DNA of 64,000 bases from Lytechinus pictus (lineage: Eukaryota): NCBI RefSeq assembly GCF_037042905.1, contig NC_087245.1:13332001-13396000 (forward strand). The letters run 5' to 3'. Position 1 is the stretch's first letter; every line of letters begins with the position of its first letter. Made by a program: the position numbers and the translations under genes. A model generated the notes under the pieces. The model saw nothing but the letters and a program-made list of their open reading frames with translations. It did not search any database and had not been told where the DNA came from. Shown piece after piece: positions 48,145 to 59,265 of this stretch.

Positions 48145-49681
48145 CTGTAGTAAATTTGAAAAAACAATTCTTTAATTCAAATGAAGCCAGTGCAATTCAA
48201 GACTGGTTGGGAAGGACGATCTTGTAACATCTGTTAAAATCTAATGTGCTATTCAGCTTTGCAATCAATTAATTCAAATCAATCGATTAGAGGTAACTGT
48301 TGAAAGAGGCCCATCAATTGGATGAAATATTACTTTCAACTCTTTACATTTCACAATCCTATGAAGTACATGGTCGTCAAATACTTCGATGTAAAAAAGG
48401 GGTTCTTTTGTAGTTGTATCAGACATGTTAAAGCTTACATCCTTGTCCAGGTGGCTAGTGCCACCCAAGTAATTTGTTGAAAAATATTTGAATGGAAATT
48501 ATTCTTAAAACAAAACTTTGAAATACGGATCTGGGAGTATCGCCACATGGGTCACGAATGAGCCCAACTGCCCAGTAATCAATGAGATTGCGTGTTGAAT
48601 ACCATGTCCGCACTGTATCTTGAGCATTAATTCTAATTCAATTCCATTTAATTCCATGTGAAACACAACATAAAATAATGAAATGATTAAGAATAATGAA
48701 AACTGGCTTCTATGGAGAAAGTTCAGTACATAATTAAGAACAAGTGCACAAATAATCAATAAAATATGATGATCTAGACAAAAAAAATGAATCCCTGCCT
48801 GCTGATGGAGAAAACCAAGAATGTAATTTACATGTCTAATTGGCTTCATTTGAATGCAACGAAAAAAAAAAAGCATTACTAATTGGTACAAAACTATTAA
48901 AGAATTCACAGCATCAAAAATTCTCCAAACTTTGCATTGATTCAAAGTCTGAAACAGCACCAAATGTTTACAATGTGCACTGTACAAGATGATTCCTTTC
49001 TTCGACATTATTTCCACTTTCAAATGTACATACATATATAGAATGTATTCATCAATAACATGGCTACATGATCATATCACTTGCATAAAGGACTACTCCA
49101 TAACATAGCACTCAGACTAGAACATCAGACTAGAATTCTAGTCCAAAGAGTAATTTGATACAACATTGCCCTTAACCAATAAAGGTAAAGTGTGTCCCTC
49201 ATCCCTGTGGAGATTTTTGAAAATCATTTTCTCCTATCCTAAAAGCTGGGTTAGCAGCTACTACACATATTGTACTGATGACATCAATACCATTTACATT
49301 GCAATCAGTTGGGACATTCCTGAATCAAACCTGTTTAATATCATCACTCACTCCTTATTGTAAGCAATTCCTATTGGGGGGGGGGGGGTGGTGAAAAAAA
49401 AACATCTTAACCTGCAAATCAGCAACTTTTTGATCAAACCTTGTAATAATTATTAATTCAAACTTGCATATTTTCCCCCAAACTATGTAACAGTGATGAT
49501 ACACACAATATTTTAAAAATTATAGCCAATTTGAAAATGAAAACCAGATTCGATCTCGACCATAGTAAAGTGGTGTACCACCTTGAGTTAATAAAGTCCT
49601 TATCCTTACCAACTAATTGTGACTTAGGTGGAGGGTATCAAGGGAATCGGTGGAATAATAACATTGACAGTAAATATTCCA

Positions 49682-49974
49682 CCTGGACCCCATTGCATAA
49701 GAGTTATTGGTATCATGGTATTTGGCTATCCAATGGTATCTTTAAAGGAATCCTTGATTTTGATTGGCCGATGAGCACTTTTACCATGGAAGTTACCTTT
49801 GGATTGCAAACTTACCATAATAGTAATTTTATGCAACAGGGTCCAGGCCAGGGGCCCATTGCAGAAAGAGCTGCAATCAAACGCAACTCAAAAAATCTTG
49901 CGCAACTTGATTTTCAGCCAATGAAGCACCAGCATTCGGGACATGCGCTTGAACGCAACTCTTTCAAACCCCTG
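49682..49974. mobile_element. Two abutting short Harbinger-like MITEs; relatives at ~31299-31443 and ~40620-40756
   Basis: cctggaccccattgcataa / ttatgcaacagggtccagg, then ggggcccattgcagaaag..ctttcaaacccctg. Shared core ccttgattttgattggc. Confidence 0.6.
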
Positions 49975-51934
49975 ATGTCTTATTTAATCTGCTTTTCATT
50001 TTGAATTGTCAACCCACATGAAATCCTAACACTGTAATTACATATGGCGTGCTCAGTGCTGTGATAAGATGATGGAATAAAAGGCATGAAATCTGACAAA
50101 AAGAATTCCCCTTGATCTACGAGATAGTTGGACAGAATTGTGAGCATAATGGGACATAGAAAGCACCCTCTGAAAGTCCAATAAGAGCAACAAATAATAC
50201 TGTTTAGCAACAAAATACATATCTTGCAAAAATATTAAAAATGTATCGCTTTACAAAAGCATATGGTATACGTCCAATACTGATGACATATGAATGAAAA
50301 AATCAATTTAATGTCAATCACATGAACAGAAAGGTATGTTTCCAATGTCAAAGAAAATTATTAGTGGAGACTAAACATCTATTATGATTGTGTGACTTAC
50401 ATGAAATATTGATGTGACAAATTTGATATGGAAATAACCTCAATAACTTTTAATAACAATGCATAACCCATGGCAATCTAATCAAACAAGACAACTTGAT
50501 CACATGACAAAATACTACATGTGACACCTACCAATTATATGACAATACTTGATCATGTGACATTCTGCATACACAATCTCTTTGGTATATCTGTGTGATT
50601 TTTCTTAAGATACACTTTGTACACTACAGTGATTTCTTTTGTTTGTTTTTTATTAATTATTTACAAAATACTTAATCAGGTTAAGTCATGATTGAAATAA
50701 ACCACAACCATATAAGGCATTCATTCATCTTATCTTCATCAATTAATGCAATCATCAGCAAGTCAAACTTTGAAGAAAAAATATTACATAATTTACAAAA
50801 TTCACCTCCTTTCCTCCTGCATTCTTTTCCATTTGACTTGCTAAAAAAAGGTCAAAGGCTTTTTTTTCTTTGGATTTGAGATTCATCCTGATATTTTAAG
50901 TACACACTTCTAATTGTATTTATTTACTTTACTAAAGCCACAAGAAAGCAAGAGCATTCATATTTTTATACTTTATACAGATCACATTATTTCTAAGGCT
51001 CCTGAACTTCTGCATTGAATTTACCATCAAAATAAATATTCTAATTGTTTCAATTAAAAAAAATCTTCCACAATCACAATATGTAGAACTAAAATCAAAA
51101 CCAAGAGGGTTAAAGATTTTTTTCTTGACACATAATAGTAAAGATCGTCAAATACAGCAATCTTATGGATAACAAATGTCATCTACGAGTTACTGTTTCT
51201 CTTTCCATAAGAGAACAGCTTATGGTAGATTCAAGAAAAGAGACCAATGTAAGGTCACATAACAAAGGAAACCTACCAAGTCTTCACTGAAAATTGAGAA
51301 CATTTCTATTGAATACAAGTGTCATCTTAGATTCAAAACAAATGAAGCACTTACTATATCATCCACTCTGGATAGAGCATTTTACTCTGTTCTGGTTTCG
51401 AAAAAGGTTTGATAGGCATCCTTCTTTCATGTGAAAATATGTTATTCTCCAATCTCGAATCCTCAGCACAGTGTATGTTACTTAGTAAAAACTCCTTATC
51501 AAGTTTTCTGTTACTCTGTTTCATACAAGTCATTTTTCTTGAGAATGACTGAAATCTAAGTTGGTTTCCAATGTTGGGAAAAAGAATTCCTCAGTATCTA
51601 GGAAAAAGGGAACTAACTTTTAAGATATATCTCACAAACATTTAGCTGTTCTCTATGTAAAGAACAATATTCAAATCTGTCACACAGATTTTAAAAGTCA
51701 TTATCATACTGATGTAGTGTCCAATTTCTTGGTAAACATGATTTCATTAACTTTATATTAATATTTTTCAAAATACATTTCAAAAATTATCTTAGCAGAA
51801 AGGGAAGCATGACTGAATGAATGCCAAAACCTGGCTATTTCTCCCTAATCCAGGTAGAAAGATCCTAAGTGTTATCAGATAAAGCGATATTACATCAAAC
51901 AATAAGAGTCTTGCGATACCAAGAAGATATGTTG

Positions 51935-54289
51935 TTATTTAGTTTCTACAGCACCTTGTCTATTTCCATCATTTTGCATCAGGGCAATCCGGATAAGGAA
52001 CTCGGTAGCGGTACTCATTGACTTCACCTCACCTTGCCCTCCTTCTTCTGCACTATCTTCGCCCATCATTTCATCTCTTCTTGTCAGCCCTACGACAGGA
52101 CTCGAATTACCCGGCCCTCTTGGACCCATCGCTCCCTGGTCGCTACTTGAGGATTCATACGCTGTGTTTGGTTCTAACTGAACTGGACTGTGCGTTGCTG
52201 ATATCACACTGTTGCTTCTACTTATACACCTACTTCTATTATCTACAGAGCTGGAGGAACCTTTCTGTTCGAGGATTTGAGAAATGCTATGAGAAATTAC
52301 TACAGGTTTTGGAGGCTCCTTCTTTGGAGCTGGAATACTCTCTGGCAGCGTCCTCTTGGGACTGGCTGCGCGTTCTTTACAGGGGCGAGGAACTTCTTTG
52401 GTTTCCATGACACCCCCCACCTCTTCATCCTCATCATGAATATTTTCCACAAGGGCCCTCATTGTTCCCATTCCCACATCGCCTGACATCTGAACTACAT
52501 TCTGCGCAACAGAACCCTTCATCTTAACAGCTTCTGCAGGCCACTGTGTTACCTCATGTTTAGGTGCAGGTGCAGGTGCTTGAGTCTCTGTGTCTTTCTC
52601 GGTAACAGGTAAACCCATACTTTCTCTGCTGTCAGTGACACCCACTTTCTGACCTACATGCATCTGGCTAAGCATCTTTTGTCCAGGAACACTAGAAATA
52701 GTCCCGTCTTCATTAATCTTTACTCCCTTCTCAAACATCCTCGCCCATCTACGCTTCTTCTTCCGGCTTCTTCTCTTTGCCCTTTTCCTTTGCTCATGAT
52801 CCAGGGATAGATCCTCTTCATCAGATTCATCATCATGAACATCTCTTTCCTTGGATGCTTTGGTTTTAATGTCAATGGCTTTCTCAGAGACTGCAGATTC
52901 CCGGCGAATCTGTTGGCCATCTGGTACAGGTTCTCCACAGTTTTCATCACACTGCTCATTGCTCTTGGCCATTTTTCTGAGAGTCTCTGCAGCAGACATG
53001 GCAAGGTCTGCTTCATCCTCCCTTCCTTCTTTCTCACTGCCATCAGAAACTACTAGTAGTTCATCACCATCTTCATCAATTTTAGCACTTCTATTATATT
53101 CTTCCACTACATTATCACTCCTACTATTCAAGATGTCCTTGATTGTCATAGGTCCTTTTCGCTTTTGTCCAATGTTCCTAGGATCATTCTCTTCTCCTTC
53201 TTGGTCTGCTAATCGCTTTGCAACCATTTCTTTTATCACCTGTCCTATTGGCTTTGGATTTTCCTTGTGCCAAACACTGCGCACCAAAGTTGCGATTGCT
53301 TCTGAAGCAGCAGCATTCCTGACATGTTCACTTCCATCAGTACTGCAATTAATAGTTAACTTGAATTTGTCCCTTTTGTTTTTACTGACTCTCTCAAGAA
53401 GTTTCTTGGTTGCCATAAGTTCCTCTTTTCTTGCCGCACTGAGCTCTGAAGATGTCCTTGGTGTTCGCTTCCGTTTACCACGTTGCTGTGCTTTACCATA
53501 CCGGTCACATCTTGAGATTGTACGGGCAATGAGATCCTTGAAGGTGACGGCATAGTAGTCGCTTTCATCCTCACTATCAGATCTTGAGGGCGTCTCTGAC
53601 TTTACCTGATGCAGCCTCTGGACAATGGACTCTATTCCACCCATGTTGGTTCCAGACCTTGGAGAGTTCATTGCATTCTCCATATCTTCCCTGCCTTGCC
53701 CATCCTGCTGCAAGGTCCCCATTGGGGACCCTGAACAGCTATCAAAGTCTGACCCAGAGTCATTCGAGGGTACTTTGTTATTGTTCAAACTAGGCTGTGG
53801 GGATACACAATGTTGACTTCCATCAGAGAGGTCTGAACTGTCGTACACACCTACATAACCAGTACCTCTTTCCCTTCTCAAGGTGGATTGATAAGTTGGA
53901 TGTGAAGGATCCCTATCATTAGCTAAAGACAATTTTCTCTGACCTACATGCTCATGACCAAGTCCTTCCATAAAAGAGTCTTTTGTAGGTCGAACTGATA
54001 AGTCCATTGCTTCTTCTCCACAGGCCCCATGAAAGGCTTCTGAAGAACGCTGAGACTGACTGCGAGGTGTGACAATCACATCCCGGTTCTGGATGATTAC
54101 ATCCTGCTTTCTACTATCTTTTTGGTCTGTTGAAAATGGCACACTTGCAGTATGACTAATTTCAGTAGCTACAGGTTCATTTGCTGAGGAGTTTCCCGAG
54201 GAAGTCTGCTTGGAGCTATCAGAGTCAAACCTTCCCTCACTCTCACTGGCTGTCTTTGCTACCTTGATAGATGTGTCCTGATTCTCAAT
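51935..54289 (-). CDS. Terminal coding exon (784 aa plus stop) of an unidentified, mostly disordered, probably nuclear protein
   Basis: Acceptor catcctag|ATT GAG AAT extends the 735-aa ORF in frame by 49 codons. S/E/K/R-rich, basic NLS-like run RKRAKRRSRKKKRR, stop at 51935-51937. Confidence 0.88.
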   Translation of the reverse strand: MENQDTSIKVAKTASESEGRFDSDSSKQTSSGNSSANEPVATEISHTASVPFSTDQKDSRKQDVIIQNRDVIVTPRSQSQRSSEAFHGACGEEAMDLSVRPTKDSFMEGLGHEHVGQRKLSLANDRDPSHPTYQSTLRRERGTGYVGVYDSSDLSDGSQHCVSPQPSLNNNKVPSNDSGSDFDSCSGSPMGTLQQDGQGREDMENAMNSPRSGTNMGGIESIVQRLHQVKSETPSRSDSEDESDYYAVTFKDLIARTISRCDRYGKAQQRGKRKRTPRTSSELSAARKEELMATKKLLERVSKNKRDKFKLTINCSTDGSEHVRNAAASEAIATLVRSVWHKENPKPIGQVIKEMVAKRLADQEGEENDPRNIGQKRKGPMTIKDILNSRSDNVVEEYNRSAKIDEDGDELLVVSDGSEKEGREDEADLAMSAAETLRKMAKSNEQCDENCGEPVPDGQQIRRESAVSEKAIDIKTKASKERDVHDDESDEEDLSLDHEQRKRAKRRSRKKKRRWARMFEKGVKINEDGTISSVPGQKMLSQMHVGQKVGVTDSRESMGLPVTEKDTETQAPAPAPKHEVTQWPAEAVKMKGSVAQNVVQMSGDVGMGTMRALVENIHDEDEEVGGVMETKEVPRPCKERAASPKRTLPESIPAPKKEPPKPVVISHSISQILEQKGSSSSVDNRSRCISRSNSVISATHSPVQLEPNTAYESSSSDQGAMGPRGPGNSSPVVGLTRRDEMMGEDSAEEGGQGEVKSMSTATEFLIRIALMQNDGNRQGAVETK

Positions 54290-55063
54290 CTAGGATGAAA
54301 ACAGAAAAGTTTTGCTTTGAAACTATATTCTATGAATACAATATCACATTAGTGATAAAAACAATTTGAATGAGGAACAAAATTGAAAATCCAACTCACT
54401 GACATTGGGTTTTATTTATTTGATAGTAACACAAATTCAGGCCATTCCTGCACGTTATCAATTTTGACTATGCAAAAGCACATACAGCAATGGACAAAAC
54501 TTGTAGACACATATTTAGCCAGCTATTTATTACAATTTTTAATGAGAGCTATGGACACTTCAATAAGAAAGTTGGTAGGCACCATATTCAGAATGAATGC
54601 TACCTTATGGCAATAGATGAAAAATGATTCTACATTTCAGCTACAGAAGCCACGAATCATATCAGAAAAATAGAATAAAATACTAGCTTTTCTAACATTT
54701 TTGCCCATGGCTGTATTTCATTTATTACAAACAGAAGAAGAAGGTTTTATAAATTTAAATTGTATTGCCAAAGTCAGAAAAGGATTGTCTAGTATACATT
54801 ACTTTGTGCATTCTGCAAAATATATTTGCTACACTTGCAAACCCTTTTATTGTCTCACTGCTACTTTATCTTTCTTCTTAAATTTACATGTACTATGTTG
54901 TTGGAACATTTCACTTTTTAATGTCTTTAGTCAACATATCTCCAGCAAAACTTCAATAATAGAATTCAATTAAATGATTCGTTCAACGCCTAAGAAAATC
55001 AGAAACAGCAAAAGAAGGTGAAACAAATGCCCTCATCATGTCAATAGAACTTGAAGAACTTAC

Positions 55064-55364
55064 AGCAGGTTTGCGTTTCCTTCTTTCAAGCTTGTGCTTG
55101 TACTCTGCAAAATCTGAGGAGTGCGTTGAGGTTTGGTAAGCAACAGAATTTCCGTGTTGGAGTTTGTCTTCTGATCCAGTGTCAGGTTTAGTGGCAGCGG
55201 TGGGATTTGAAGCAGGTGTCTTTGGGGATGGAGAGTGGACCCTGTGGGTGAGCTCCAACGATGAGGATCCCTTCATCGATACTCCTGAGTCTGAAGGGAT
55301 GGGTGATGGGCTTCCCTCCCTGGAGTTCTGCTGACCCATTTCTCTCAGTCTGTCTTCAATGAGT
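55064..55364 (-). CDS. Penultimate coding exon of the same gene
   Basis: ttttgtgcag|A CTC ATT GAA GAC ... CCT GCT|gtaagt; ends phase 0, matching the 54289 acceptor. Upstream exons not identified. Confidence 0.85.
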
Positions 55365-58300
55365 CTGCACAAAAGAACAAAAAAAAAAATAAGGTTAACA
55401 ATATGATTTAATATAGAGGAAAGCAGTCCAAACTACAGCATGACTTTGTTGACACATTTGTTGACAACTGATTTTTGTAAAGTCTCAGATAGCATTGGTC
55501 ATCGATCAATGATAGACAAGAGTAATCTGTTGGTTGGTGCTGGTTGGGTTAGCATAGTATTACTAGTAAGCTTATTGATCACAAAATGTAAATTGGAAGC
55601 ATACACTCTCATCAAAGATGTTATTGTCATTGGTCAACCTTGTTGTGTACATTGAGCTAATTGTCCATTTTGTGATGGTATGATGATATACAAATCATAA
55701 AAGCTTATGAATAATCAAACATTTAGATTTGTTGCTGATAAGAGGGCTTCATGTACATGTAGTAGCTTTCTGGAAAGACTTCCACAGTTATTTATCATGG
55801 GAATTTTTGCATATATGAAAGAATGATGTAAGTAATAATGGACCAGACAGATTTGATGTAAGGATACATTAATTTTGGTAGGTGCCTTACAATAAGAAAA
55901 GTGTATAGAGAATTTTTGATCAAATTAAGAAAAAGCACCTAATTTCATCATCAACACTCAAATTTCATGATTTCAATTGAACGATAATTTTTGATATGCT
56001 CAATGATGATCCAATGCATTTATATTGTGCCATATTTCTGTGAAAAACATTCATAGGCGCCCACTCATGTTATCATTGTGAAATGTTTTTCAAGACACCT
56101 ACATCTTGCAGAAGTAAAAGAAATCTTGCTTGACAGTAAAAAGTCCTCTCATACACCGCACCGGGAGTAGATGAAAATGCATACGATGAATAGTACTGAT
56201 CCATATCATAACTTCTTCATAGGGTCTATGAATTCATTAACCTGTATGGCGTGTTAAATTACAGGAATCTGACCTCCCTCATCTTTAAAGATAACTGTAT
56301 GAATTTGTATATTACCCTTGAGGAGAAGCCACTGATGGAAGGCAATATGAAACAAAGAGATACCGTAACACCTCTCAATGTCTCTTGTATCACAGAAAGT
56401 AAAAGAATCAGCTCTCTCTCACACATTTTCAAAGATTTTTTTTTAAAGCCCACCTCACATTTTTGTAGAGCCCCTATAAAATTCCATGAAAACATAGATT
56501 GAAAATAGACGACAAAGTGAAAAGGGTGTAGAGCTATTTCTTGTACATGTAATATGGTTTGGAAAGAAAATTTGATTGTCAAAATGTCAGTAATCAAAGC
56601 TCCATCTCATGATATCAAAACAGACGTACACATAAGCATGAATTATGGATTTATGCAAAATGCACCAATTCCACAATGGAAAGGAAAAACTTTATGTTAT
56701 TATTTCATGTACTGCCAGTGGAGGACAAATTTCTATGTTTTAATATGGACTAATAAATGAATCTGAAAAACATTTATTTTAAAGCTTTAACCCCAAAATA
56801 GCAAGACTGTAATCAGATTCCGATAGCTGTATGATTCACCCAGTCACAATGAAAAAGTTAAAAATGCATTTCCATTCTACATGACTACATATGTATAAAT
56901 AACCACCACAAATGTTTTTTTTTATTCACAGCCCTATTATAAAACATTTTACCCCTTGCAAGTTACAAGCTACTGTCACTTGCGCTGATGTAATGTAAAT
57001 TGATTGGTCGAGAACAAATATGTCACGAATTCTCGCACTTGTTATTGATAGCAAGTATGAAGAAACAACGCCAAGAAGGGGATTAACACACCTCCAGAGA
57101 AATAGATACTAGTAGTAGATAATAGACTGTCTCACACATAAACCTCATGAATAAAGTCATATCAAGATAAAGTGGTCACAAACAACATATATTCATATAT
57201 ATGGCTCAAGGCTAAACTGTCCTAAGAATAAGATACTGTATCAAAGTAATGATGAGAACTAAATTAGTAGAGATATCAAGTGACAGACCTGGTAATATTT
57301 CAAGACAGCAAGAAAAAAATTCTGAAAATCAAGAAACATGATGGAGAACCCCCCCCCCCCCCCCCCCCCGCCCCAAGCACAAAAATGAATATCTGTATTA
57401 AAATGTCGAACAGAAAAGGGGAAAGTCTGGACAGAGAAAAGGTAGGGATCGTGTGTTCTTCCATGAGAGCATTCTATGTCTGTTGCTATACAATCAGACT
57501 ATTATGCATATATCTTTGACAATTTATCTATTCTCCTCAAAATGAAATCAACAAAGCAGATTGAATTATATATCAAATAGAAGAATACTCTGATTTTCTC
57601 TTCTATCTTCTATCAAGCTTGAAAAGACTCTATGTGCAGAATCATGTCTTCACTCTCTCTCCTTTCATATTTCTTTCTATTGATCTGGATTGTTATCTTA
57701 CTCTCCGACCCTTGGCTCCCCCCCCCCCCCCATCTGTGTCATACCCTCCATACAGCATTGCCACAGACATAATAAATACATGTTGAGAGAGCAGGTCAAA
57801 CAATGTAAACATAAAACCCAGAAGATGAAATGATGAAGACATGAAATGGAGACAGGATCTTTCTATTCTTTGTCACGCACTGGTTAAATTTCCAACTAAA
57901 GTCTGCTACACAGTAGAGTGAAAGATAATTAGTGAATGATGGAAGCAGCTTAGTCAACCAAAAATATATTTACACCGCCAGAGGCCAACGCCCTGAACTG
58001 ACATTAATGTAAAAGGCATTGTCTTAGCTTAGCTGTGTCACCCATTCAAGGAAGGGAATAGTTCGCTCTGTGTAATTTGATTACATTTAGCAAGCCGCAT
58101 GAAAGAGGACGTGTATTACATTTTTCATATGATCCAAAGTTATACATGTATGACTGAACATGGAATATGTCATGAAATGAACCATTTATCTTTGCATCTT
58201 TTACACCAAGTGCTTTCATACCAGCTCGGTCAAAGAAAATTCCTGGTATTTTCTGATTAGGAACTCTACCAACATTAGAAAATATCCAGGTCTCAACACT

Positions 58301-58824
58301 AACCCTTTTTTTCTACTGACCCAACCTGATCATGTCAGACCAGTAGATAGTCAGTTCTACCATTTTATTACTGGTCCGAATCTAAAATTTACTGGTCTCC
58401 AAAAATAAAGAAAAACATAAAAAGGCTTGAGTTTATTTTGCCGTCGAACAGTACACACACACACAACATAATTCATGAGAGCCATTTGCATTTCTCGATT
58501 TTGTAGAGCTATTTTAGTGAGACACCAGAGCCATGATTTATTTTCTGATTGGGAATTCTACCAAGACCAGAAAATATTGGTATTTTTTTTAATGGAATTC
58601 TACCTAGATCAGAAAACTAGGTAATTTGCCAGTGTAGGTGAAAGTGAATTACCTGTAATGTCCCTGAAAGAAATACCTGCAAGTAAAAAATTATGAGAAC
58701 TTCACAGGAATTTGAAAAGGTTGCAGAATTTTTTGCAGTGTGAAGAAATTAAGGGAATTTTACATAGTACATGTGAGGGGAGAAGAATATTCATCAATTG
58801 TGTAGAAATGAAAAAGTCTATGGG

Positions 58825-59265
58825 AACTACATGAATATCTCATAATACGCCCGCCTGTAACGCGGCAAATAGACTTATTGGTCAAGCAAGAAAGGTGGCG
58901 ACTTCACAATTGACCTTCTGACCTCCAAATCAATAGAATTCCTTGAATCTATGTTACATGTAGTATCATACACACCAAATTATATGAGCCTAGGTTAAGT
59001 TAAACTAAGGTTATCTCGTTAACAAGGACTTCAGAAGGGTGAGATGAAAACATGTCACTGTGACCTTGACCTTTGACCTCAAAATCGATAGGCTTCCTGG
59101 GATCCATGCTAGTATCATACACACCAAATCATATGAGCTTAGGTTAAATTAAACTGAAGTTATCGCATTTAAAAGGAAAAGTTAACGGATGGACAGACAG
59201 ACAGAAGGGCGGACGGACACTGAGCTTGATACCATATAAGGTCCCATAGGACGGGCGTATAAAAA
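58825..59265 (-). mobile_element. Second Helentron/DINE-1-like element (different family, reverse orientation)
   Basis: subTIRs atacgcccg (58845) / cgggcgtat (59252) followed by aaaaa; (GGAC/AGAC)n, i.e. (GTCY)n, microsatellite; two ~150-bp internal units containing tgaccttgacctttgacct. Confidence 0.75.

Noticed and set aside
46788..49035. 136-aa and 176-aa minus-strand ORFs
   Set aside because: Composition rich in F/L/I/N/K, typical of AT-rich non-coding DNA; no domain similarity or convincing splice sites.
52018..53816. Plus-strand ORFs up to 234 aa overlapping the large exon
   Set aside because: Antisense shadows of a real coding exon. The same applies to the shadow ORFs at 24.8-25.5 kb and 35.2-36.4 kb.
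58653..58663. 11-nt minus-strand microexon (cag|GGACATTACAG|gtaatt)
   Set aside because: It sits in a repeat-like block ending ttttgcagtg, and its 5' phase would give a stop-free frame only by assumption; no independent support.
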